A stretch of 64,000 nt of DNA from Bradymonadia bacterium (GTDB taxonomy: Bacteria; Myxococcota_A; Bradymonadia; UBA7976; UBA1532): NCBI GenBank assembly GCA_046290225.1, contig JBKAGE010000034.1, positions 32,001 through 96,000 of the forward strand. Reading direction: 5' to 3'. The notes below the pieces were generated by a model, which searched no databases, was not told the DNA's origin, and saw only the letters and a list, made by a program, of their open reading frames with translations. Shown one piece after another: positions 1 to 8,227 of this stretch. Position 1 is the stretch's first letter; every line of letters starts with the position of its first letter. A program made the position numbers and the translations under genes.

Positions 1-283
1 TGCCAGAGACGTGACTCAGCAAGCACGCGACCTCGCTGAGCACGGTGCAGGTGGGCCCGTATATGCCCACGGCGGGCAACCACGCCCTCAGGGCCCTGGC
101 TTCGGCCTCGAGCTTGCCACGATGGCGGTGAACCTTGAGCCAGGCCACTGGGATTTTCGACACATCATCGACGAGTGACCAGACGAGGGCCTCAGAGAAC
201 GGGCCACTCCGAAAGATCGGCCGCACGGGGTGGCCGAGCTCTGCCTCAGCAGCATTCAGCAAAAGACGTGGTGGCTCACGCAC
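1..283 (-). CDS. Partial CDS running off the window, possibly an aminoglycoside/choline phosphotransferase-like kinase N-lobe
   Basis: Hand translation from GTG at 283, overlapping the upstream stop: VREPPRLLLNAAEAELG...VAWLKVHRHRGKLEAEARALRAW. Frame is open to position 1. LKxH...E..AL resembles the APH-type N-lobe. Confidence 0.35.
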   Translation of the reverse strand, partial: MREPPRLLLNAAEAELGHPVRPIFRSGPFSEALVWSLVDDVSKIPVAWLKVHRHRGKLEAEARALRAWLPAVGIYGPTCTVLSEVACLLSHVSG

Positions 284-764
284 TCGCGATCAGATCGAAC
301 AATGCGCAGGCCTGCGCTTCGGTCTCGGCGAGCTGCCACCCAAAGATGTTCACGGGCTCGAGGGCTGCGAAGTCCGCTTCGATGCGGGTGGCGACGAGAG
401 CCTCTGCCTCCGAGGGCATACCCAAGGCCAACAACGCGTCGGCAAAGGGCGTGAGAGCCTCAATCAACGCTTCCCCCTCGTCAAAGCGGTCAGCCCAGGC
501 CCTGCCAACGGCGACGATCGAAGCTTCCGGCGCACCTTGAAACCAGGCCTCGAGATGAGGAGTCAGCGCCTGCCACGCCTCTGGCATGTCTGCTTCGATG
601 GAGCCCATCGCGTCTGGCAAATCCACTGCGGCATCTGGCGAGGGGGCCGCGTTGGGATCATCGGACTGACCTGCATTGCCACTGTCGTCGTCGCAGGCAG
701 CGAGCGTAGCCGCAAGGCCCAACAGGGTGGTCAACATCATCTGTCGTCTATCGACGGCGCTCAC
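276..764 (-). CDS. Twin-arginine-signal lipoprotein, probable partner subunit of the GMC oxidoreductase
   Basis: GTG at 764 overlaps the GMC stop (GTGA). DRRQMM plus hydrophobic stretch plus lipobox LAAC. C-terminal DF...GWQLAETEA motif. Confidence 0.6.
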   Translation of the reverse strand: MSAVDRRQMMLTTLLGLAATLAACDDDSGNAGQSDDPNAAPSPDAAVDLPDAMGSIEADMPEAWQALTPHLEAWFQGAPEASIVAVGRAWADRFDEGEALIEALTPFADALLALGMPSEAEALVATRIEADFAALEPVNIFGWQLAETEAQACALFDLIASA

Positions 765-2269
765 TGTAGACCTCCGATGTGCTCGGCGAGGCGATGGGCC
801 AGGGCCACGATGGTGAGGGTGGGGTTGGCGAAGCCGGCGCTGGGGAACAGCGAGCTGCCTGCCATGAAAAGGTTGTCGACGCCGTGCACCCGACACTCGC
901 CATCGACGACCCCATTCGCCGGCTCGGCGGCCATGCGGGTGGTGCCCATGTGGTGACACCCTCCGATATAGCGACGAGGCTTGAAGAGCTCTTCCTCGTC
1001 GAGTGGCATCCAGAGACGCCCGATGCCCGACTGCCCCAAGGCCGCGCCGAGCAGGCGCAGGGTCTGGGTGTACTGCACGTGATCCGGCTGCCCCACCTGC
1101 CAGTTCAGCTGCATGCGGGGCATGCCCAGGGCATCCGTGGTGTCGAGCAGTGTGATCCGGCTCTCGGGATCGGGACTCTGCTCGGCGCGAATGTCGAGGC
1201 CGAGCACCCTGACGTCGGGGCTCACCTTGCTCACATCGATGATGGCCTGGGGCGAGAGGGTGCCTGTGGCCTCAAGGGCGTCGTCGAGCTCGATGGATCT
1301 CAGCGTGATGGCCACAGGCATCAGATCATGGGCAGCCCGCGCCTCCGACGTCAGGGTGAGGGCCGCCTTGACGCTCACCTCTCGAGGCTCAGGATCGAAG
1401 TCGTCCGTGGTGCTGATGCGGGTCCGCCGCAGGTACAGGTCGAGATTGGGCTGATCGCGCACCAGCATGTAGCCGCTCACGTAGAAGTGAGGGTGATCCA
1501 TGAAGTACCTGCCCACCTGATCGCGCTCGTTGCCCACCCCCTGACCGCCGCGGGCGGCGAGGAGCATCCGAGCGTTCTCGAGACCCCCCAGGGCGAGCAC
1601 GTACTGTCGGGCTGTGGCGGTGAAGGCCACGCCACTCAACGTCCTGAGCTGCAGACCCGAAACTGCGGCCCCTTCGAAGTCGAGATCGACGAGGTTGGCG
1701 TGCAGGTACACCGTGATCGTGGGGCTCTGTTCGAGCTCGGGGCCATACACCTCGGCAAAGCGCGTCGGTGGGCTGTACTGATAGAAGACGTGATCCGCTG
1801 GAGCCGCGAGGGGCAGCAACGGTTTGCCCGTTTCGGCGAGCACATGGTCGACGTCGTACTGGAACGCCCCGATCTCACAGGTGCGCTGGGCCTGCTTGTA
1901 CCAGGGCACGAGATCTGCGTGAGCGATGGGCCAGGCGCCGAGAGGCGCCGCCGCCCGCGCCTCGAAGACTTCGGGATCAAGGGGCCTGCACCAGCCCGCC
2001 CATCGGTTGGTCGTCCCGCCGAACTGGCGGAGGCGACAGTCGGTGAGACCAACGTCGCCAACACCGGTCATCTCACCGGCATACAGGTCCTGGGTCTCGG
2101 GCTCTTCTGCCTGACCGCCGCTCTCGAAGAGCAGCACGGTCAGCCCGCGGGCCCCCAGATCTCTCGCCAGGGTGATGCCCGCAGCGCCAGCACCTACAAT
2201 GCACACATCCGCTTCGAGGCGCGCCCCTTGTTCCAGCTCTGTGGCGTCTCGGATCACAGATCCTCCCAT
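761..2269 (-). CDS. GMC family FAD-dependent oxidoreductase
   Basis: Rossmann motif IVGAGAAG, GGTTNRW, VGRYFMDHP, and C-terminal HHMGTTRM and ANPTLTIVALA. Confidence 0.9.
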   Translation of the reverse strand: MGGSVIRDATELEQGARLEADVCIVGAGAAGITLARDLGARGLTVLLFESGGQAEEPETQDLYAGEMTGVGDVGLTDCRLRQFGGTTNRWAGWCRPLDPEVFEARAAAPLGAWPIAHADLVPWYKQAQRTCEIGAFQYDVDHVLAETGKPLLPLAAPADHVFYQYSPPTRFAEVYGPELEQSPTITVYLHANLVDLDFEGAAVSGLQLRTLSGVAFTATARQYVLALGGLENARMLLAARGGQGVGNERDQVGRYFMDHPHFYVSGYMLVRDQPNLDLYLRRTRISTTDDFDPEPREVSVKAALTLTSEARAAHDLMPVAITLRSIELDDALEATGTLSPQAIIDVSKVSPDVRVLGLDIRAEQSPDPESRITLLDTTDALGMPRMQLNWQVGQPDHVQYTQTLRLLGAALGQSGIGRLWMPLDEEELFKPRRYIGGCHHMGTTRMAAEPANGVVDGECRVHGVDNLFMAGSSLFPSAGFANPTLTIVALAHRLAEHIGGLQ

Positions 2270-2335
2270 GACGTCTGTGGTTCACCTGCGTCGGAGTAGG
2301 TACTGTGAGCCCCCGGTTCAAGGCAAGAAGGTGCC

Positions 2336-3100
2336 ATGCTCGACAACACCCCGTCCCCGCTTCAGGTGCTCCATCACGACGCCCACATCGTCGCCGTCAA
2401 CAAGCCCCCGGGGCTGTTGGTGCATCGTACGGAGCTCGATCGAGGCGAGACCGACTTCGCCCTGCAGCGCGTGCGGAACCAGATCGGCCGCCGCGTATAC
2501 CCGATTCACCGGCTCGACCGGCCCACGTCAGGCGTGCTGGTCTTCGCTCTCGATGTAGAGAGCGCGCGCGCCCTCGGCGAGGCCCTGGTCGGGCACACCA
2601 TCGACAAGACCTATGTGGCGGTGGTGCGCGGCTGGCCCCCCGCACACAGCATCATTGATCGACCGCTCAAACGCCTCGACGTACCCCCTGGTACGCCACG
2701 GCAAACTCAGGAGGCCCGCAGCGAGGTGTGGTCGCTGGCCGAAGCCACAGTGCCCGTCCCTGTCGATCGATTCCCCACGACCCGGTATGGCCTCGTGGCG
2801 GTGAAGCCTCATCACGGCCGACGACACCAGATCAGGCGCCACCTCAACCGTCTGGGGCACCCGATCATCGGTGACGTACGCCACGGCAAAGGGGTGCACA
2901 ATCGGTTCTTTCGCGAGCACTTCGGCGTGAGCCGGCTCTTGCTGCACTGCCGCCGGATGGTGATCCCTCACCCATCGACGGGCGAGGATCTGACGATCAC
3001 CGCCCCCCTCGACGAGGGTTTTCAGAAGGTGTGCGTGGGGTTGGGCTGGGGAGAGGTGGAAGTCTCGGGCTGGCGGCCCGAGAATCAGGGGCCCTCGTAG
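2336..3100 (+). CDS. truC: RluA/TruC-family pseudouridine synthase (TruC-like)
   Basis: VNKPPGLLVH, catalytic HRLDRPTSG, GRRHQIRRH, HPIIGDVRHGKG; no S4 domain. Confidence 0.8.
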   Translation: MLDNTPSPLQVLHHDAHIVAVNKPPGLLVHRTELDRGETDFALQRVRNQIGRRVYPIHRLDRPTSGVLVFALDVESARALGEALVGHTIDKTYVAVVRGWPPAHSIIDRPLKRLDVPPGTPRQTQEARSEVWSLAEATVPVPVDRFPTTRYGLVAVKPHHGRRHQIRRHLNRLGHPIIGDVRHGKGVHNRFFREHFGVSRLLLHCRRMVIPHPSTGEDLTITAPLDEGFQKVCVGLGWGEVEVSGWRPENQGPS

Positions 3101-4644
3101 ACGAAGGTGCAGCGGCTCAGCGGCAGGACGATGTCCTTGAGGGCCACGAGGTAGTAGGTCTCACCGGGGACCAGCGCCGGCGCCTCGCCTTCGGCGGGCA
3201 CCATCTGACGAGTGCCCTCAGGGGCCTCGCCGTAACGCATACCGCAGCCGATGGGGCCATCAGTGTCGGGCACCTCGATCTGCCAGAGGGTCCCCTCAGG
3301 ACGCACGAAGTTGGGGTACACCCCAGGGTTCTCGGCGTCGGCCTCAAGGATGTAGACGTAGCGGGCGCCCCCGCCGGACCACTTCACGATGCCCTCGGCG
3401 TCGACGCCTTCGCCTTTCTCGCAGGGCTCGGGGCTGAACTCAGCCTGGGAGTACAGCGGGCCACCGAAAGGCGGTACCTCGGCGCCCTGCTCCTCGGTGT
3501 AGCCACGGTCGAGGAACTCCTTCACCAGGAACGCCCGCATGCGCTCATTGTCGGTGGTGGGGGTGCCCACGACGGATCGATCGAAGCCGTTGTTGTCTTC
3601 CGGCTCATAGTTCCCGAAGGAGGTGGAGTCGGCGAGGCCGGCCATCATAGCCAGGCCGGTGTCGGCCATGTTGTCGATCCAGAGGGTGCCGGCCTCGATG
3701 TCCCAGGCGCTGGCGCCCTCGGGCTTCACCCGGGAGGAGTGGCAGCACACACAGGCGCAGGCCTCGATCTCCTCTTTCACCCAAGCGAGATCGGCGAGGT
3801 AGGCCTCGTCGTTCATGCGGGGATCGTCGGGCTTGTCCACCACGGGGATGTCCTGGGGCGTCCAGCCACGCTGCGTGATGACGTCGTCGCAGCTGGCGTA
3901 CTCGTCATAGCGACGGCCGGGCTCGGTACAGGCCGACACCAGCACGTGGGTGCAGACCTGACCATCAGGCCCCTGCCCTGCAGGCTCACCAGGGAGCGGA
4001 TCTTTACAAATCTGGTAGGGCTGGATGAAGGCAGGGATGCCGTCATCGACCACAGGGGCTTCGCAGAGATCACCCGTTGCGCACGTGTCGCCAGGGGTGA
4101 AGCTGCCCATGGCGAAGGTCTCGCAGCCGGTCTGAGCCAGACCGCACTGGCCGGCATCGTCGCCGGCGTTGATGAGCAGGTAGCCCTCGGCCTCAGCGTC
4201 ACCGACGACGCAACGGCCCAGCTCGGCCTCGTAGCCACAACTGGCGCCGGCCTCGAAGGTGCCCACGGCGTTGGCGAAGACAGCACCACAGTCAGCCTGT
4301 GCACTCTCCAGGGTCCACCCGGCCCCGGTGTACTGCTTGCACTCGATGCCCCGTGAGAACGGGTTGGTGTATTCGCAGCGCCCCATGGTGGCTTCGCCGC
4401 CACCACCAGCACCGCCGACATCACCTCCGGCACCTCCGGCGCCTGCGGCACCGCCGCCCTCACCGCCTACGGCACCGCCAGCCGCTGCGGCGCCACCAGC
4501 ACCGCCTACGTCACCGCCGGCACCGGCCACTGCGCCGCCGGAGCCACCCACGGCGCGCGGGCCCTCGTCTTCATCATCACAGCCAGCCAGTGTCAGGGCG
4601 GAGAAGGCCAGAACCATCGGCCACATCTTCAGGTTTGCAGACAT
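3085..4644 (-). CDS. Cys-rich lipoprotein with Gly/Ala linker and one CxxCH motif; function unknown
   Basis: Lipobox LAGC, long GGAGG linker, many Cys, CVCCH at 3739-3753; GGAGG upstream of the start. Confidence 0.7.
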   Translation of the reverse strand: MSANLKMWPMVLAFSALTLAGCDDEDEGPRAVGGSGGAVAGAGGDVGGAGGAAAAGGAVGGEGGGAAGAGGAGGDVGGAGGGGEATMGRCEYTNPFSRGIECKQYTGAGWTLESAQADCGAVFANAVGTFEAGASCGYEAELGRCVVGDAEAEGYLLINAGDDAGQCGLAQTGCETFAMGSFTPGDTCATGDLCEAPVVDDGIPAFIQPYQICKDPLPGEPAGQGPDGQVCTHVLVSACTEPGRRYDEYASCDDVITQRGWTPQDIPVVDKPDDPRMNDEAYLADLAWVKEEIEACACVCCHSSRVKPEGASAWDIEAGTLWIDNMADTGLAMMAGLADSTSFGNYEPEDNNGFDRSVVGTPTTDNERMRAFLVKEFLDRGYTEEQGAEVPPFGGPLYSQAEFSPEPCEKGEGVDAEGIVKWSGGGARYVYILEADAENPGVYPNFVRPEGTLWQIEVPDTDGPIGCGMRYGEAPEGTRQMVPAEGEAPALVPGETYYLVALKDIVLPLSRCTFVYEGP

Positions 4645-4883
4645 CGCAACCTCCCGTTGCTCTACTCGAAGCTACGGGGGCACAGATGAGGGAGCCAACG
4701 CCCGGTTGCGACTGAAAACAATTTTTATTTCAACAACTTAATCATTAACACATTCAAACCTGAGCATACGGATGTGCAGATGTAGCGGCCACAGACAGAC
4801 CATTTACAGCCTTTTGACAGTACCTGGCCGATCGCTCCGGCACTCTGGAGGAGTCCGTTCACCCATGCGTTTCGTGAGGTCTC

Positions 4884-6422
4884 ATGCTGTCTCGTGCTCT
4901 CTTGCTTGCCGGTTTGTCTGTCGTCTTGACGTGTCCAGTCACCACCCACGCTCTCGAGGAGCCCTCTGCCCTGGCCGTCGCTCGCGAAATGAACGGGCCC
5001 AAGTACGCCTCTCCACCCACGAAGTTCAAACCTGGTCACGTCACTCCAGCCTCTCTGCCCAAGGAGACGCTGGAGCGCTCAAAGACGGGCTTTACGCTGA
5101 AGCTCCCTTCTGGAGCTCCAGTGGTCACCCCGGCGGTCTACGAAGATCTGGTGATCACCGGCGGTGGTTTCCGCAGCAAGACCCTGTACGCTTTCCATGC
5201 CAGGACTGGAGAGATGGTTTGGGGTCTCAACCTCGACGATGACGGACCCTCGTCTCCAGCCTGCGCTGACGGCATTTGTGTCGTGAACACCGAGTCCTGC
5301 ACGGTCTTTGCGGTGGAGGCCAGGACAGGCAAGCTGCTGTGGTCCTGGTGGATGGGCGATCCGATGCTCAGCGCGCCGGCCATCGCCGACGGCAAGGTCT
5401 ACACCGTCTACCCCGCCCGGGGGCACGGTGGTGGGTATGGTCAGGCGATTCAGAACAACAGCTTCGTCGCGCCTGGGCGAGTTGTTCGTGGCGGTGCCGC
5501 AGATGGCAAAGGCCCCCACCCCAAAGCCAGCCATGTCCTCGCCGCCCTGGACCTGAAGTCTGGTGGCATCCTCTGGCAACGTTGGATCGACAGCGATGTC
5601 ATCGCCGCGCCTGTGGTGGACGACGGCGAGGTCCTGGCGACATCTTTCGCGGGCACCCTCTACCGCTTTGCGCCAGCCACAGGGGAGATCCTCGGCGCCG
5701 AGCGCGTTCGGGCCACCACCACCCCCACCCTGCATCAGGGCAAGCTGCTCTACTCACGGCGGACGGATGGCGATGGGCAATCCGCCCGCGAGGGCCTCGT
5801 ACAATGGGACAGAGGCCGTGGGCAGGCGGACTACACCGCCAACGAGAAGCAGGCCCCCTACCTCGACTCCAAGGTGCAGTCCAGCAGCCGGATGTGGAAC
5901 GCAGGCAAGAGCCTCGACGCCGCCAACGGCTTCAGCGCCGGCGCCCCCGCCACCGCCAACCCTCAGCTCGCCCTGGGCAACGTGGGTCAGGGCAGCGTGT
6001 CCACACTGCAGAGCTTCCAGGGCTCACGGGTGCTGCCCACGGACCACGGCAACGTGAGCGCCATGGGTGATGAAGTCGTGTGCACTGATCACGCCTCTGG
6101 CAAGACCCTCTGGCGCCACTCACTCAAGGGTGATTTGGCCAAGGAAGGTGGTGCGCTCGCTGCGCCGCCGATCCACGTGGGCGGCAAGCTGCTCGTGGCC
6201 ACCCTCGCCGGCACGATCCAGGTCCTCGACCCGCAGACCGGCGCTTTGGTGAAGTCTCATCGACTCGGCGCCCCTCTTCGGGCTCAGCCGGTGGTTGCCG
6301 ATGGCTGGATATACGCTGGCACTGCCGATGGCCGCCTGGTTGCGGTGAACACTGGGGATCAGACGATGACCGGCTGGCCCATGTGGGGTCAAAACGCAGC
6401 CCGTCAGGGCCGCGGCCGCTGA
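4884..6422 (+). CDS. Exported PQQ-like/BamB-like beta-propeller repeat protein
   Basis: Signal peptide and repeated P(A/V)xxDG.VY...A.D..TG..LW blades. Confidence 0.8.
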   Translation: MLSRALLLAGLSVVLTCPVTTHALEEPSALAVAREMNGPKYASPPTKFKPGHVTPASLPKETLERSKTGFTLKLPSGAPVVTPAVYEDLVITGGGFRSKTLYAFHARTGEMVWGLNLDDDGPSSPACADGICVVNTESCTVFAVEARTGKLLWSWWMGDPMLSAPAIADGKVYTVYPARGHGGGYGQAIQNNSFVAPGRVVRGGAADGKGPHPKASHVLAALDLKSGGILWQRWIDSDVIAAPVVDDGEVLATSFAGTLYRFAPATGEILGAERVRATTTPTLHQGKLLYSRRTDGDGQSAREGLVQWDRGRGQADYTANEKQAPYLDSKVQSSSRMWNAGKSLDAANGFSAGAPATANPQLALGNVGQGSVSTLQSFQGSRVLPTDHGNVSAMGDEVVCTDHASGKTLWRHSLKGDLAKEGGALAAPPIHVGGKLLVATLAGTIQVLDPQTGALVKSHRLGAPLRAQPVVADGWIYAGTADGRLVAVNTGDQTMTGWPMWGQNAARQGRGR

Positions 6423-6462
6423 GAACCTGACCATTCCACCCCAGGGTCGGTATGATGGCCCC

Positions 6463-7461
6463 ATGACATACCCCCTCGAACATCCCGACGCCCTCCGCCC
6501 TCGGGCGGAGATTGCCCAGAATGGTGGCTTTCATCGAGCCGTGGAGCGCCGCAAGGATACGGCGTGGCTCCAGCACGCACTCAGCGCCTCAGAAACCCGT
6601 GTCATCCCCACCTGGAAGGGTAAGGTGCTTCTCGCTGGAGGCCGCGCTGCGCCCCGCCTCGGACACCTCTCTGGAGACGCCTGCGCCTGGGACAAACTCG
6701 CCGATTCAGTGTCACTCCTCGGCGTCGACGCTGATGGTCCGTGGATCGTGGCGGATCTACCCCGTGACGCGGTGCCGGGCTCGATCCCGGCCATCGCAGA
6801 GGCCGGAGCCTTCGTCGATTTGAGATCGGCGGCGATGCAGCTCGACGGGCCCTCGGGCGCGCTGGCGGCACACGCTCGGGCCCTGGCGTGGTTTCACCAA
6901 CGTCACCGTTATTGTGGTGTGTGCGGTGCCCCGACGCTCGCCACCGAGGCAGGCAACGCCCGCAAGTGCAGCGCCCCTGAGTGCGGCGCCACGGTGTATC
7001 CACGCAACGATCCGGCGATCATCGTCCTGGTGCATCACACTGACGCCGCTGGCGAGGTCCGATGCTTCCTCGGCCGGAGTCCGCGCTTCCCGCCGGGCAT
7101 GTTCTCAGTGCTCGCCGGATTCTCCGAAGCTGGAGAAGGTCTCGAGGCTGCGGTACGCCGTGAGGTGCACGAAGAGGTGGGCCTCGATGTCGAAGACATC
7201 GTGTACTGCGGATCTCAACCCTGGCCCTTCCCTCAATCGCTGATGCTGGGCTTCGCCGCCCGGGCCACCCACGAAGACTTCACCCTCGATCAAGAGGAGA
7301 TCGAGGCGGGCCGCTGGTTCACCCGAGACGAAATTCGGGGGCTGCTCTCCGGAGATGGTGACCCCCTGCCTGAAGGCGTGCTCTGGATTCCCCCGCCAGT
7401 GAGCATCGCCAGAGCGCTCATCGATCAATGGCTCGAAGGCGCTCTCCCCCAGCCTGCCTGA
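6463..7461 (+). CDS. nudC: NAD(H) diphosphatase / NAD-cap decapping enzyme NudC
   Basis: Zn ribbon CGVCG...CSAPEC, Nudix box GFSEAGEGLEAAVRREVHEEVG, signature SQPWPFPQSLMLG. Confidence 0.9.
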   Translation: MTYPLEHPDALRPRAEIAQNGGFHRAVERRKDTAWLQHALSASETRVIPTWKGKVLLAGGRAAPRLGHLSGDACAWDKLADSVSLLGVDADGPWIVADLPRDAVPGSIPAIAEAGAFVDLRSAAMQLDGPSGALAAHARALAWFHQRHRYCGVCGAPTLATEAGNARKCSAPECGATVYPRNDPAIIVLVHHTDAAGEVRCFLGRSPRFPPGMFSVLAGFSEAGEGLEAAVRREVHEEVGLDVEDIVYCGSQPWPFPQSLMLGFAARATHEDFTLDQEEIEAGRWFTRDEIRGLLSGDGDPLPEGVLWIPPPVSIARALIDQWLEGALPQPA

Positions 7462-7541
7462 CGGCCTGGGGATTGCGCAAAGGGGCCTCGCCATGGCAAT
7501 ACACGCCGATCGAATCACTGTGATGCGCGAGGCTTGATTTC

Positions 7542-8174
7542 ATGGATCCAGCACCCCTCAGCTTTGGTGCCCGGCTCGTCCTGGCCTTTGTTCTGCCCTG
7601 GCGTCTGCTCTTCGACGGTGCGCTCGCTGGTCGAGTGAAGGCCGCTGCTGATGGTCAGCTCGCTCTCCCCGAGCCCCAGAGCCCCGAGCCCCAAGGTGTG
7701 GTGGCCGAAGAGGCAGCCCCTGAGCCTCAGGCGCCGGAGCCCGCCCCTGAGCCAGAGGTGGTGGCGGAAGAGGTGGCCCCCGAGCCCGCAGGGCCAGACT
7801 ACACCTCTGCCCTTCAGGTGCTCTCCATTCTTCAGCGCGAGGGTCGGCTCATCGACTTCTTGCAAGAAGATCTCGCCGGCGCTGGCGACGCCGACATCGG
7901 CGCTGCGGCGCGCGTGGTGCATGAGGGCTGCAAACGGGCCCTCTCCGAGTATGTCTCGGTGGAGGCGATCCGCACCGAGATGGAGGGTGATCCCGTCACT
8001 CTGGAGAAGGGCTTCGATCCCGAGGCTCACCGCCTGACGGGCAATGTGGTGGGCGCGCCTCCCTTCAAGGGCACTCTGGCGCACCACGGCTGGCGGGTGA
8101 GCACCATCAAGCTCCCTGAGCTTGCCGAAGGCCGCGATCCCCACGTGGTGGCGCCTGCGGAAGTCGAGCTCTAG
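7542..8174 (+). CDS. DUF2760 family protein with N-terminal hydrophobic anchor and Pro/Glu linker
   Basis: ALQVLSILQREGRLIDFLQEDL, IGAAARVVHEGC, GTLAHHGW, APAEVEL; typical position ahead of two Hsp70-like genes. Confidence 0.8.
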   Translation: MDPAPLSFGARLVLAFVLPWRLLFDGALAGRVKAAADGQLALPEPQSPEPQGVVAEEAAPEPQAPEPAPEPEVVAEEVAPEPAGPDYTSALQVLSILQREGRLIDFLQEDLAGAGDADIGAAARVVHEGCKRALSEYVSVEAIRTEMEGDPVTLEKGFDPEAHRLTGNVVGAPPFKGTLAHHGWRVSTIKLPELAEGRDPHVVAPAEVEL

Positions 8175-8227
8175 ATTCGTCGACGATCGGTCGCCCCCCT
8201 CTACCCCCTCTCGAGCAGGAGCAGATC

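Noticed and set aside
4385..4560. Repetitive GCACCGCC-type DNA
   Set aside because: Encodes the Gly/Ala linker of the lipoprotein; no constant repeat with unique spacers, so not CRISPR.
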